Below, one piece after another: positions 1 through 9,674 of a stretch of DNA of 64,000 nt. Each line of letters starts with the position of its first letter. Within the stretch, counting starts at the first letter, position 1. The stretch spans positions 90,348 to 154,347 of the forward strand of contig CACECK010000001.1 in assembly GCA_902557965.1 (NCBI GenBank). Direction: 5' to 3'. The stretch is from an uncultured SAR86 cluster bacterium (lineage in GTDB: Bacteria > Pseudomonadota > Gammaproteobacteria > Magnimaribacterales > D2472). The notes below the pieces were generated by a model. The model worked only from the letters and a program-made list of their open reading frames with translations, made no database searches and was not told the DNA's origin. The translations under genes and the position numbers were made by a program.

Positions 1-420
1 AATACATGGAATATTAAAATTCCTACACAAATGAATCATTTCCCAATCACTTTCTTTCAAAGGATGGCGAATATCCATAAAAATGATGACGGCAGCCAAA
101 GCTTCTCTTTTTTGAAAGTACTGTCCTAATAACGGCCCCCAATCTTTCTTTTTTGCTTTGCTAGATTTAGCAAACCCATAGCCAGGTAGATCTAATAACA
201 TCAAATCATCGTTAACCTTAAAAAAGTTTATTTCTGTAGTTCTTCCTGGAGTTTTGCTTATTCTTGCTAATTTTTTATTTTCGGTAAGAGCATTAAGAGC
301 ACTAGATTTACCTGCATTTGATCTACCTGCAAGCAAAATCTCATATCCAACATCTTCTGGAAGTTTTTTATAGTCTGTTACTCCAAAAATGAATTCAGTA
401 TTTTTAAAAAGGTTTTTCAT
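1..420 (-). CDS. engB: GTP-binding protein EngB/YihA (N-terminal 140 codons; ORF runs off the left edge)
   Basis: Own reverse translation from ATG at 420-418: MKNLFKNTEFIFGVTDYKKLPEDVGYEILLAGRSNAGKSSALNALT...DLPGYGF. It has a G1 P-loop GRSNAGKSS and G3 DLPGYG. It is divergent from cytochrome c4-dsbA, as in other gammaproteobacteria. It is absent from the ORF track because it is truncated. Confidence 0.85.
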   Translation of the reverse strand, partial: MKNLFKNTEFIFGVTDYKKLPEDVGYEILLAGRSNAGKSSALNALTENKKLARISKTPGRTTEINFFKVNDDLMLLDLPGYGFAKSSKAKKKDWGPLLGQYFQKREALAAVIIFMDIRHPLKESDWEMIHLCRNFNIPCI

Positions 421-486
421 TTAAACGTTTATATCATATCAACCTATGTTTATAATACACATCAACAAGACACACTTATATTTTCT

Positions 487-1152
487 ATGAAATATTTTTT
501 AATATTTTTTGTTTTTTTAGGCTTTTTCAGCAGCATAGAATCTGCAGAAGCTGGCTCTAAAAAAATTGTAGTACCTGAAAACTTTCAGTCAGGTGACGCT
601 GAAAAAGGCTCGCAACTCGTCGAGTCATGTGCCGCTTGTCATGGTGCGGATGGAAATAGCATAAGTCCTGACTGGCCAAAGCTTGCAGGACAAAATCAAA
701 AGTATATTTATGAACAATTAAAGTATTTCAGAGATGGAGATAGAATGAATGCTCTAATGATGTCAGTTACACCATATCTTCAAACCTTGGAAGACAGCGA
801 CTTATTAGATATCGCAGCTTATTATTCAGACTATCCTGTTTCTGTTGGGCAAGCAAAAAATGATGAAGAGTTACTGGAATTAGGCACACAGCTTTACAGA
901 TTTGGTAATATGAAAAAAGGTGTTCCTGCATGTACTTCTTGTCATGCGGTTCAAGGACAGGGTAATAGTCTTGCTGGTTTCCCATCTGTTGCTGGACAGC
1001 AAGTTGGGTATTTAACATCAACGCTAAAAGCATATAGATCTAAAGAAAGAAATGCAGGCGAGTCATCACTTATGATGCAGTCTATTGCCCAAAACCTTTC
1101 TGACGATGAAATAGATGCTTTAGCAAATTATATGCATGGGTTATATCAATGA
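487..1152 (+). CDS. dihaem cytochrome c4, periplasmic
   Basis: N-terminal signal peptide. Two haem-binding CxxCH motifs (CAACH, CTSCH), each followed by a distal Met region. Size is typical of cytochrome c4. Confidence 0.9.
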   Translation: MKYFLIFFVFLGFFSSIESAEAGSKKIVVPENFQSGDAEKGSQLVESCAACHGADGNSISPDWPKLAGQNQKYIYEQLKYFRDGDRMNALMMSVTPYLQTLEDSDLLDIAAYYSDYPVSVGQAKNDEELLELGTQLYRFGNMKKGVPACTSCHAVQGQGNSLAGFPSVAGQQVGYLTSTLKAYRSKERNAGESSLMMQSIAQNLSDDEIDALANYMHGLYQ

Positions 1153-1769
1153 AGAATACTAAAAATAAAATAGGACTAATATTTATTCTGCTTTTTACAG
1201 TTTCAGTAAATGCCGAATACAGATTGGGTGTTGATTATGTAATGGTAAGCAACCCAATGCCTGTTAAACAAGATGGTGTCGTCGAAGTTATGGAATCATT
1301 TTGGTATGGATGTAATGCATGCTATTCATTTGAATCATCTATAAACGCCTGGGCAGATAGTCAAGCAGATGATGTTAAGTTAACCAAGATGCCAATAACT
1401 TGGGGCAGTATTCATCAACTGCACGCAGCTCTCTACTATACAATTGAATCACTGAAGCTAGATCCATCAACTCATGCAGCTGTATTTGTCACAATTCATA
1501 AAGAAGGCAATTTTCTGCAAAGCCCTAAGGCGATTAAAGAATTTCTTGAAAAATTTGGTGTTGCACCAGAACTGACCGAGCAATATCTTAATTCTTTTAC
1601 TGTTAAGCAAAAAGTAAATCGTGGAATTAAGTACGCAAGGCAGTTAAAAATTGATGGAGTGCCAACAATGATAGTTGATGGTAAATATGTTGTTAAATCA
1701 AAAGGATCTTTTGGAGACATGCTTAAAGTTGTTGATCATCTTATTCAACTCCAAAAACCTATTAGTTAA
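1149..1769 (+). CDS. dsbA: thiol:disulfide interchange protein DsbA
   Basis: Signal peptide and thioredoxin-fold active site WYGCNACY (CxxC). C-terminal GVPTMIVDGKY motif (cis-Pro loop). ATGA overlap with cytochrome c4. Confidence 0.85.
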   Translation: MKNTKNKIGLIFILLFTVSVNAEYRLGVDYVMVSNPMPVKQDGVVEVMESFWYGCNACYSFESSINAWADSQADDVKLTKMPITWGSIHQLHAALYYTIESLKLDPSTHAAVFVTIHKEGNFLQSPKAIKEFLEKFGVAPELTEQYLNSFTVKQKVNRGIKYARQLKIDGVPTMIVDGKYVVKSKGSFGDMLKVVDHLIQLQKPIS

Positions 1770-1774
1770 AAATT

Positions 1775-2362
1775 ATGAAAAATAAAACTCTGCTAATTGT
1801 ATTACCCCTATGCTTCTTATTTTTATTTAACGGTAAAAAATATGATGAGGCTGTAAAAGAAAGATTATTTCTTCCAGTAAAAATGTGCCTTGAAGGTCAA
1901 GATTGTGGGACATCATCACAAGCTATCCAAATGGCTTCAGCTACTCAGGTTGAAGTAAAAAAAGTTGAGCTTTCTGAAGGTTCAGAACATGTTGTAAAGA
2001 TGTTGAATTCAGGTGATGGCGGCCAAATGATTTTTGAGCCAGCCGTAATAAAAGTTTCAGTAGGCGATACAATTCACTTTAAAGCTACCGACATGTCTCA
2101 TAATTCAGCATCTGTTCAAGGGATGGTTCCAAATGGAGCTTCTGCATGGGCAGGATCAATGAATCAAGACATTAGCGTGACTCTTGATACAGAAGGCGTG
2201 TATGTTTATCAATGCGACCCTCATGCGATGATGGCTATGATCGGCGTTATTCAAGTTGGTGATGCTGTCAATATGAATGAAATAAAACAAGCATCCGAAA
2301 ATTATAGAGCTACCTTCGTTATGAATGCTGATAGGATTGATAATTATCTAAATCAGCTTTAA
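1775..2362 (+). CDS. pseudoazurin-type blue copper protein with an N-terminal extension
   Basis: Type-1 Cu ligand pattern: H in MSHNS, then YQCDPHAMMAMIGVIQVG (C-x2-H-x4-M). Signal peptide plus about 45 extra residues containing CLEGQDC before the cupredoxin core. Confidence 0.75.
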   Translation: MKNKTLLIVLPLCFLFLFNGKKYDEAVKERLFLPVKMCLEGQDCGTSSQAIQMASATQVEVKKVELSEGSEHVVKMLNSGDGGQMIFEPAVIKVSVGDTIHFKATDMSHNSASVQGMVPNGASAWAGSMNQDISVTLDTEGVYVYQCDPHAMMAMIGVIQVGDAVNMNEIKQASENYRATFVMNADRIDNYLNQL

Positions 2363-2589
2363 TTTTTTTCTAATTCAGAAAGTCTTTTTTCCAAATCATC
2401 GATAATCTTTTCAAGGTTCTGGTATTTAGATTTTCTAACAAAACCATTTTTTTCAATCATATTCTCTATTTGAGGCGAAACGTTTTTGCCAATATTTTTT
2501 AAAACGTCATTAGGTATTAATTTACTAAAGTTCTTTAATTCTTTCTCTAGTATATTTTTTATAGCTTCGGATAAATTTTTCTCAGTCAT
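2359..2589 (-). CDS. ubiK: UbiK/YqiC-family coiled-coil accessory factor
   Basis: 76-aa protein with a C-terminal coiled coil (FVRKSKYQNLEKIIDDLEKRLSELEKN) resembling E. coli UbiK. The call is by resemblance only. Confidence 0.55.
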   Translation of the reverse strand: MTEKNLSEAIKNILEKELKNFSKLIPNDVLKNIGKNVSPQIENMIEKNGFVRKSKYQNLEKIIDDLEKRLSELEKN

Positions 2590-3283
2590 ATTTATTTTTT
2601 ATAATTTCAGGCAAATCTTTCCAAGCATTAAACTCATCTGGCTTTAGAAAATCTTGATCCCATTCTGAATTATTATTATTAAACCAAAGCGTATCAATGC
2701 CAAGATTAAAAGCACCTAATATATCATGTATCTGATGATCTCCAATATGGAGTATATTTTCAAAACTAACATCATTAACCTGTTTTATAGCCTCATCAAA
2801 ATGAGCACGATGCGGTTTACTGTTTTTTGCTTCAAGAGAGCTTATTGAAAAATGAAAATACTTGCCAATATCAAATTTATATATATCAGCATTGCCATTT
2901 GTTAAAACTCCTAGAGTATATTTTTTTGATAAATCTTTAATTACCACCTCTACGTCATCAAACAATTCAATTTCATGTCTTTTTAGCATAAATAAATCAA
3001 ATGCATTTTCAACAATTCTATTTCTATAGCTTTCAGGCTCTATATGCAGGAGTTTTATTCTAAAAATTTCTTTTCTAAGTTTGCTTATATCCCACTGAAC
3101 ACTTGGATCATTTTTAATTAATTCCTCTCTTATCTTAATAAAATCATTGAAGTCACCCCATTCAACTTTGCCTACTTGATCTTCAATCCACTTTCTTGTT
3201 TCAAATTCAGCCTTTGTAATTGTTGGCATGTTGTCCCAAAGAGTATCATCAAGATCAAAGGTTATCATTTTAATATTTTTCAT
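2582..3283 (-). CDS. yigB: HAD-superfamily phosphatase, YigB-like
   Basis: HAD motif I FDLDDTLWD and motif IV GDHQIHD. It sits directly downstream of xerC, as yigB does in E. coli. Confidence 0.75.
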   Translation of the reverse strand: MKNIKMITFDLDDTLWDNMPTITKAEFETRKWIEDQVGKVEWGDFNDFIKIREELIKNDPSVQWDISKLRKEIFRIKLLHIEPESYRNRIVENAFDLFMLKRHEIELFDDVEVVIKDLSKKYTLGVLTNGNADIYKFDIGKYFHFSISSLEAKNSKPHRAHFDEAIKQVNDVSFENILHIGDHQIHDILGAFNLGIDTLWFNNNNSEWDQDFLKPDEFNAWKDLPEIIKNKYD

Positions 3284-4176
3284 TTTTTTGCTCTTGGGTG
3301 AGATTTATCATAAATTTTTACAAGATGTTGATAATCCAGCTTGGTATATATCTGAGTTGTTGATAAAGAGCTATGACCTAATAGCTCTTGTATTATTCTT
3401 AAGTCACCACTTGATTCAAGCATATGTGTTGCAAAACTATGCCTTAGCATGTGCGGATATATTGGCGGCAATCCTTGTTTTAAAGCTATTTTCTTTAATC
3501 TTATTTGAACGCTTCTTATTGAGAGCCTGGATCCTTTTGAATTCAAGAATAGAGCATCTGTTTTATTTACAATCTTTTCTCTTTCTATCAACCAATTTTT
3601 AATCGCATTAATCGCAAACCTTCCTAAAGGAACTAATCTCGTTTTTGATCCCTTGCCAATAACTCTTAAAAAAGACATTTCTTCTTCGAAATCTTTAATG
3701 TTTATACCAATAGTTTCTGATACCCTCAATCCAGAGGAGTACATCAACTCAATTATTGCCATGTCTCTAATTTCAATCAGAGACGAAGGTTTGAAATTCA
3801 ATAATTGTTCAACATCCTCAGGAGATAATACATCTGGCAGATTACTTGGCGTCTTTGGTGCTGTAACAAGATCAAAAGGAGATGAAGCAATTAATTCATT
3901 CTTCTTTAGATAACGAAAAAAACCTTTTGCAGACGAAAGATGTCTTTGGATACTTCTTGGATTATTCCCTTGTCCATAAAGATCCCCAACCCAGGCTGAA
4001 CAAATCTCATCATCAATTGATGCATAACTAGTAATATTAAGAGTCATTAAGAAGTTAGCCAATTTTTTGAGATCTCTTCTATAAGAGAGATAGGTATTTT
4101 CGGATAAATTTTTTACTTCAGATATATAAGAAATATACTCTTCTATGTTTTTATGGATAAAGTCATTATCCCCCAT
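3280..4176 (-). CDS. xerC: tyrosine site-specific recombinase XerC
   Basis: Catalytic motifs SGLRVSE, HMLRHSFATHML and LLGHSSLSTTQIYT. Lies in the dapF-yigA-xerC-yigB context. Confidence 0.9.
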   Translation of the reverse strand: MGDNDFIHKNIEEYISYISEVKNLSENTYLSYRRDLKKLANFLMTLNITSYASIDDEICSAWVGDLYGQGNNPRSIQRHLSSAKGFFRYLKKNELIASSPFDLVTAPKTPSNLPDVLSPEDVEQLLNFKPSSLIEIRDMAIIELMYSSGLRVSETIGINIKDFEEEMSFLRVIGKGSKTRLVPLGRFAINAIKNWLIEREKIVNKTDALFLNSKGSRLSIRSVQIRLKKIALKQGLPPIYPHMLRHSFATHMLESSGDLRIIQELLGHSSLSTTQIYTKLDYQHLVKIYDKSHPRAKK

Positions 4177-4178
4177 AG

Positions 4179-4799
4179 TTAGGATGACAGTTTTTTTTCA
4201 AGTATGTCTCTTATGTACTCTATAAAAGTGGTATCTTCATCTCCAAGATATTTTGCTCTGTCATAGCTACCCAGTTTTAAGAGACCGACTTGATCTTTTA
4301 AAACAATAACAGCAATTACCAAAGACTCAATTTTGTTATCTTCAAACAAAAAACCCATTTTTTCATTCGAAAAAGAGCCACAATAGACAGCTCCCTTATG
4401 CATAGATAGACCTGTGCCTTTTTCTATCTTATCAATAGCCTTATTATCAAAAAACTCAATTAGGCACTCATCAACACCAAAGTCTTTTTTGAAACTTTTT
4501 TCTACTATTTCCTTAATACTATCACTTGTAGCTGATTCTAATATTTTAAGAGTGAGGTCTTTTGACTTTTTAAAAAGATCTTCATTAATAGTCGCAGTAT
4601 CTATAAATGACTTTAGTAACTCAATTACATTTTTATGCTCATCTCTTAATTTCATTATTTGTCTTTCTAGAATAGATGATGCAGAGCTTTGCGAATGCTT
4701 AAACTTCATTTCACTTACCAGAGACTCACGAGTTACAAAAAAATCTAAATTATCGAGTAAAAATAACTCAACATCTTTCACGTCTATTTTTTTAGCCAT
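4179..4799 (-). CDS. yigA: DUF484 (YigA) family protein
   Basis: Position between dapF and xerC, as in E. coli. About 200 aa with a GAF-like C-terminal half. Assignment rests mainly on synteny. Confidence 0.65.
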   Translation of the reverse strand: MAKKIDVKDVELFLLDNLDFFVTRESLVSEMKFKHSQSSASSILERQIMKLRDEHKNVIELLKSFIDTATINEDLFKKSKDLTLKILESATSDSIKEIVEKSFKKDFGVDECLIEFFDNKAIDKIEKGTGLSMHKGAVYCGSFSNEKMGFLFEDNKIESLVIAVIVLKDQVGLLKLGSYDRAKYLGDEDTTFIEYIRDILEKKLSS

Positions 4800-5589
4800 C
4801 TATGTTTCCTTTAAATATAAAACTTGTAGGACCAGCCATTAATATACCATCATTATATTTCCTAAAATTCAATTTACCCCCAAACGAACTTACCTCTATG
4901 GGACCCTTTACCTTATTGATAAAAATTGAAGCTACACTAAGCGACGCTGATCCACAGGAAAGAGTTTCACCGACACCATTTTCATATGTTCGAATACTAA
5001 TTTTATTTTTTTCTTTTTTATAGATGCTTAGATTAATTTCTATATCTTTAGCTGATTTGGGTAACTCTTTATATATTTTTGCAAGGTCAACTTTGCTGAT
5101 TGATTGCATCTTTATACACAAATGATTATTACCTATGTTTAATAAATTAAATGGCTGCTTTGATTTATTGGTTAGCATCTTATGAAGGCGTGGATTACTT
5201 ATATCAACAGGATTTTTAATATAAACAGATACCTTTGATTTTTTTGATGGGAAGCACTCAACAATTCCAGCTTTTGTCATAAAAGATATTTTTTTTTGAG
5301 GTGCAAAAGAGTTGCGCCATACATAAGAGGCAACGCACCTTATGCCATTAAGACACATATTTGCTTCAGACCCATCAGCATTAAAAAATTTTACGAAGAA
5401 ATCATGAGTCTCTTTAGTTGGCAAGCATAACTTTATAAGCTGATCGAATCCGACTCCTTCGTTTCTATTCGAAGCTTTTCTAATAAAATCTTTTTTAACC
5501 TTAAGCTTATTTTCAACAGTATTAACAATTACAAAATCATTGCCATTACCGTGCCATTTTTCGAAATCAATCCTCAATTTCCATCTCAT
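4792..5589 (-). CDS. dapF: diaminopimelate epimerase
   Basis: HGNGNDFVIV, catalytic Cys motifs MCLNGIRC and LSCGSAS. The track ORF extends to 5649. I prefer Met21 (5589) because DapF normally starts about 10 residues before HGxGNDF. The start remains uncertain. Confidence 0.85.
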   Translation of the reverse strand: MRWKLRIDFEKWHGNGNDFVIVNTVENKLKVKKDFIRKASNRNEGVGFDQLIKLCLPTKETHDFFVKFFNADGSEANMCLNGIRCVASYVWRNSFAPQKKISFMTKAGIVECFPSKKSKVSVYIKNPVDISNPRLHKMLTNKSKQPFNLLNIGNNHLCIKMQSISKVDLAKIYKELPKSAKDIEINLSIYKKEKNKISIRTYENGVGETLSCGSASLSVASIFINKVKGPIEVSSFGGKLNFRKYNDGILMAGPTSFIFKGNIDG

Positions 5590-6802
5590 TTTTAAACAAA
5601 TCGTCGTAAGACTCTCGTTTTCTGATAATTTTGTACTGATCTTTGTCAACTAAGATTTCTGGCGGTCTTCTTCTTGTATTGTAGTTAGATGACATAACGT
5701 GCCCATAAGCACCCGCAGTTTTTATTGCAAGTATATCTCCCTCTTTTGCACTCATCTTGAAGTCTTTAGCAAGAACATCAGACGATTCACATATTGGCCC
5801 AACAATATTCCATTCAGACGATTCAGCCGTATTTTTTTCAACGTTACAGATGTCGTGCTTAGCTTGATAAAGAGCAGGCCTTAATAAATCATTCATTCCA
5901 GAATCAACTATTAAGTATTTATCTTTAATATATTCTACTTTGGTGATTAAAATTCCAGCATTTCCAGATATGCTTCTACCAGGCTCCAAAATGATTTTTT
6001 CAGTTCTATCCTCTAATTCTTGCTCGATAATATCTGCAAGCTCTTTTGGTGTTGGCGTATCTAAATTACTATAAGAGATCCCAAGGCCGCCTCCTAAATC
6101 TAAGAATTCAAGCTTTATTCCAAATTTATCAATCTCTTCTGCAAGCCTTTTTATATATTTAGCAGTAATCTTGTAGTCATTAAGGTCTACTATTTGTGAG
6201 CCAATATGACATGACAATCCAATAAGATTGAGATATTTTGAGGTTGATATATGCTCAACAAATCTGATAATTTGATCTAAAAATATTCCAAATTTATCTT
6301 TCTTCCTACCAGTTTTTATATACTCGTGCCCACCAGAGTCAACCTCTGGATTAAATCTTATTGCCACATCAACAGTTTTATTTTCCTTAGAAGCAATGCT
6401 CTCAATTCTGTACATTTCAGATTCAGATTCAATATTAAACGAAAGAATATTCTTTTTAATACCATTAAGAATTTCCTCTTCTGATTTTGCAATACCTGTA
6501 AAAATAGTTTTTTTGGGATCTCCGCCAGCTGAGACAACTCTTTCAAGCTCTCCACCAGATACAATATCAAATCCGAAACCATTTCTATGAAGTAATTCAA
6601 GTATTGATAAATTGCTTAAAGATTTCACAGAAAAACATATCAAGTTATCTTTTTTTGAAAACGCATTTTTATAGCTATTTATATTTTCTTCAAGAGTTTT
6701 TTTTGAGTATATATATGCTGGCGTGCCATATTTTTCAGCTATATCTCTAATATTTACGTCCTCACAGTAAAGAGAATCTGCTTTGAAGATAAAGTTATCC
6801 AT
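5567..6802 (-). CDS. lysA: diaminopimelate decarboxylase
   Basis: PLP-Lys region CFSVKSLSN, then HIGSQ, LGGGLGI, EPGRSI, GPICESSD and GAYG. The track ORF extends to 6856 but would overlap the lptM-like ORF. Met19 (MDNFIFKADSLYCEDV) fits the usual LysA N-terminus. Confidence 0.9.
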   Translation of the reverse strand: MDNFIFKADSLYCEDVNIRDIAEKYGTPAYIYSKKTLEENINSYKNAFSKKDNLICFSVKSLSNLSILELLHRNGFGFDIVSGGELERVVSAGGDPKKTIFTGIAKSEEEILNGIKKNILSFNIESESEMYRIESIASKENKTVDVAIRFNPEVDSGGHEYIKTGRKKDKFGIFLDQIIRFVEHISTSKYLNLIGLSCHIGSQIVDLNDYKITAKYIKRLAEEIDKFGIKLEFLDLGGGLGISYSNLDTPTPKELADIIEQELEDRTEKIILEPGRSISGNAGILITKVEYIKDKYLIVDSGMNDLLRPALYQAKHDICNVEKNTAESSEWNIVGPICESSDVLAKDFKMSAKEGDILAIKTAGAYGHVMSSNYNTRRRPPEILVDKDQYKIIRKRESYDDLFKNEMEIED

Positions 6803-6827
6803 CTTAAATATATTTATATGATCTAGT

Positions 6828-6908
6828 TTAAAACAACAAGGGGCCTCTAACCCCACAACTAGTGAGCGCTATTAAAGACAGTAATAAAAAACCATGATTA
6901 ATATTCAT
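6828..6908 (-). CDS. lptM: minimal LptM/YifL/LppL-family lipoprotein (26 codons)
   Basis: Hand-found ORF MNINHGFLLLSLIALTSCGVRGPLLF. It has a lipobox LTS-C followed by CG-x-[KR]-GPL, the conserved start of E. coli YifL(LptM) and Pseudomonas LppL. It sits upstream of lysA-dapF, as those genes do. No clear SD. Confidence 0.6.
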   Translation of the reverse strand: MNINHGFLLLSLIALTSCGVRGPLLF

Positions 6909-6951
6909 AAAGTATATTATGAGCAAAAAATCTCATAAATAATACTAATGA

Positions 6952-8346
6952 TTAATATTTATAGCTTTCTTCTTTAAATGGGCCTTCTTGAGGAACATTA
7001 ATATAGTCTGCCTGATCTTTTGTAAGTTTGGTAACAGTACCACCAAAACCTTCAACCATAAGACTTGCGACCTCTTCGTCTAATTTTTTAGGCAGAACTT
7101 CAACAGTAATCATTTCAGCTCTCGTGTCGCTATCATTAATATTTGCAAAACCCTGCTTATATAAGTGGATTTGAGCTAGAACTTGATTTGCAAATGATCC
7201 ATCCATAATTCTGCTTGGATGTCCTGTTGCATTACCTAAATTAACTAACCTTCCTTCAGCTAAAAGAATAATATAATTTTTACTTGATAAATCTGGCGTT
7301 CCATCAGGTGCTGTATCTCTAAATATTCTATGCACTTGAGGTTTAATCTCATCCCAATAAAAGTTTTCTCTCATGTAGGCTGTATCAATCTCATTATCAA
7401 AATGACCAATGTTACAAACCACTGCAGTATTTTTAAGAGTACTTAGCATTGCAGAGTCACAAACATTTACATTGCCTGTTGTTGTAACAACGAGATCAGT
7501 ATCACCCATAACTAACATATTTATATCATCTGGATTTCTAGTTACAACACCATTCTTGTAACATGACACAACAGAAAAACCATCCATGCAGGCTTGCATA
7601 GCACAAATTGGATCCGATTCAACAACACTAACAATCATACCTTCTTGAGCAAGACTTGCAGCAGAACCTTTGCCAACGTCCCCGTAACCAATTACTAGCC
7701 CTTTCTTACCTGAAAGCAGCATGTCAGTTCCTCTTTTAAGAGCATCATTAAGGCTGTGCCTACAACCATATTTATTATCATTTTTTGCTTTAGTAACTGA
7801 ATCATTTACATTAATTGCAGGAACTTTGAGTTCACCTTTTTCAAGCATTTCTTTTAATCTATGAACGCCAGTAGTAGTCTCTTCAGATACACCATGAATT
7901 GTTTCTAACATCTCTGGGAACTTATCATGAACCATTGCGGTCAAGTCGCTTCCGTCATCAAGAATCATATTTGCATCCCATGGCTTACCACCTTTGCAAA
8001 TAGTCTGTTCAATACACCATTCAAATTCTTCATCTGTTTCACCTTTCCATGCAAATACTGGAATTCCTTTGGCTGCCATTGCAGCTGCAGCATGATCTTG
8101 GGTAGAAAAAATATTACAAGATGACCATCTCAATTCTGCACCTAAATCTTGTAATGTTTCCATAAGAACTGCTGTTTGTATTGTCATGTGAATACAACCC
8201 ATTATTTTGGCTCCAGCTAATGGTTGTTCGGCTCTGTACTTTTCTCTTAATGCCATTAGGGCTGGCATTTCATTTTCAGCTAGAGAAATCTCTCTTCTTC
8301 CAAATTCAGCTAGATTAATATCAGCTACTTTATAATCATTTTCCAT
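6952..8346 (-). CDS. ahcY: adenosylhomocysteinase
   Basis: [24 protein letters not shown] motif [10 protein letters not shown] and IGHFDNEID, full length. Confidence 0.95.
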   Translation of the reverse strand: MENDYKVADINLAEFGRREISLAENEMPALMALREKYRAEQPLAGAKIMGCIHMTIQTAVLMETLQDLGAELRWSSCNIFSTQDHAAAAMAAKGIPVFAWKGETDEEFEWCIEQTICKGGKPWDANMILDDGSDLTAMVHDKFPEMLETIHGVSEETTTGVHRLKEMLEKGELKVPAINVNDSVTKAKNDNKYGCRHSLNDALKRGTDMLLSGKKGLVIGYGDVGKGSAASLAQEGMIVSVVESDPICAMQACMDGFSVVSCYKNGVVTRNPDDINMLVMGDTDLVVTTTGNVNVCDSAMLSTLKNTAVVCNIGHFDNEIDTAYMRENFYWDEIKPQVHRIFRDTAPDGTPDLSSKNYIILLAEGRLVNLGNATGHPSRIMDGSFANQVLAQIHLYKQGFANINDSDTRAEMITVEVLPKKLDEEVASLMVEGFGGTVTKLTKDQADYINVPQEGPFKEESYKY

Positions 8347-8368
8347 TTTATTTCCTTAGTAAAATTTA

Positions 8369-9523
8369 TTATTGCGAGATTTCTGAAGCTTTATCAGTTC
8401 TTTCCCATGTGAGATCTATATCAGTTCTCCCAAAGTGCCCATAGGCAGCTGTGGGAAGATATATCGGCCTTTTAAGATCAAGCATATTTATTAGGCTCTT
8501 TGGTCTTAAATCAAAATGCTCTTCAACTATCTTTTCAATAGCATTTTTAGAAATCTTTTCACTATTAAATGTATTAACATTAATTGAAGTTGGTTTGGCA
8601 ACACCAATTGCATATGAGACTTGTATTTCACAGTAATCAGCCAATCCAGCTGCGACAATATTTTTAGCAACATATCTTGCAGCATATGCTGCAGATCTAT
8701 CTACCTTTGAAGGATCTTTGCCGGAAAAGGCACCGCCTCCATGCCTTGCCATGCCACCGTATGTATCTACTATTATCTTCCTACCTGTCAGTCCACAATC
8801 TCCTACAGGTCCACCAATAACAAATTTGCCTGTAGGATTTATATAGATGTTGGTAGAGTCTAAAATCCATTCTGCTGGAACAATTGGTTTAATTATATGC
8901 TCCATGACTCCCTCTTTAATCTCATCTTGAGATACATCTTCGTCGTGTTGAGTTGATAGAACAATAGCAGAAAGACCTTCAATTGTTTTTCCATCATCAG
9001 AATAAATAGCACTAACCTGGCTTTTTGCGTCTGGACGCAACCATGGAAGGCCATTCTCTTTCATTACATCAGCTTGTTTTTTTACCAGTCTATGAGATAA
9101 ATCTATTGGAAGAGGCATAAGTGAATCTGTTTCAGTACATGCATATCCAAACATAAGTCCCTGATCCCCAGCACCTTGTTCGAGATTTTCGCCTTCGCCT
9201 TCTGTAACCCCTTGAGATATATCTGGAGACTGTTCAAAAACAAGATTTGTGAATTCACAAGTTTCACCATTAAAACCATAATCATCTGTATCGTACCCAA
9301 TATCTGTAATTGTTTTTCTTACCACTGGCTCTAAATCAGGACTTCCAGTTGAGGTTATCTCTCCTGCAATATAAACCATATTATTTTTAACCATTGTTTC
9401 ACATGCAACTCTACTATTTGGATCTTCTTTTAAATATGCGTCAAGTACGGCGTCTGATATTTGATCGCATACTTTATCTGGATGCCCAGCTGAAACGGAT
9501 TCAGATGTAAATATATAACTCAT
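8369..9523 (-). CDS. metK: S-adenosylmethionine synthetase
   Basis: [24 protein letters not shown] and [19 protein letters not shown]. Confidence 0.95.
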   Translation of the reverse strand: MSYIFTSESVSAGHPDKVCDQISDAVLDAYLKEDPNSRVACETMVKNNMVYIAGEITSTGSPDLEPVVRKTITDIGYDTDDYGFNGETCEFTNLVFEQSPDISQGVTEGEGENLEQGAGDQGLMFGYACTETDSLMPLPIDLSHRLVKKQADVMKENGLPWLRPDAKSQVSAIYSDDGKTIEGLSAIVLSTQHDEDVSQDEIKEGVMEHIIKPIVPAEWILDSTNIYINPTGKFVIGGPVGDCGLTGRKIIVDTYGGMARHGGGAFSGKDPSKVDRSAAYAARYVAKNIVAAGLADYCEIQVSYAIGVAKPTSINVNTFNSEKISKNAIEKIVEEHFDLRPKSLINMLDLKRPIYLPTAAYGHFGRTDIDLTWERTDKASEISQ

Positions 9524-9674
9524 AAACTCTCTCCCTCGTTAACTGAGATTTTTTTGAAATGTCCTAAAAAAAGACAAGAACCAATATTACAATATTTATA
9601 ACAAAATATCATTTTAATCCTATGATTTTCATTGCAAAAATATTATTATCGACTAATTCAAAGGGGAAACTTAA

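Noticed and set aside
3280-4176. Tyrosine recombinase as a possible integrase marking a genomic island
   Set aside because: It sits in the conserved dapF-yigA-xerC-yigB housekeeping context. There is no adjacent tRNA, direct repeat or cargo genes. It is the chromosome-dimer resolvase XerC.
3228-4842. Plus-strand ORFs of 124, 86 and 142 aa (3228-3602, 3653-3913, 4414-4842) lying opposite xerC and the DUF484 gene
   Set aside because: They lie entirely antisense to well-supported genes. They translate to low-complexity Leu/Ile/Ser/Phe-rich strings with no motifs, and they have no room for their own expression signals. They are typical shadow ORFs.
6803-6856. 18-codon N-terminal extension of the lysA ORF (MGLEAPCCFKLDHINIFK)
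   Set aside because: It is not LysA-like and overlaps the lptM-like ORF. Met19 gives a normal LysA N-terminus.
9524-9674. Possible SAM/SAH riboswitch or leader in the 151-nt metK/tkt divergent region, plus a 24-codon ORF overlapping the tkt start
   Set aside because: The sequence is uniformly AT-rich with no stable stems or conserved SAM-II, SAM-V or SAH-like cores that I can see. It most simply holds two divergent promoters. The small ORF has no SD and overlaps the tkt TTG start.
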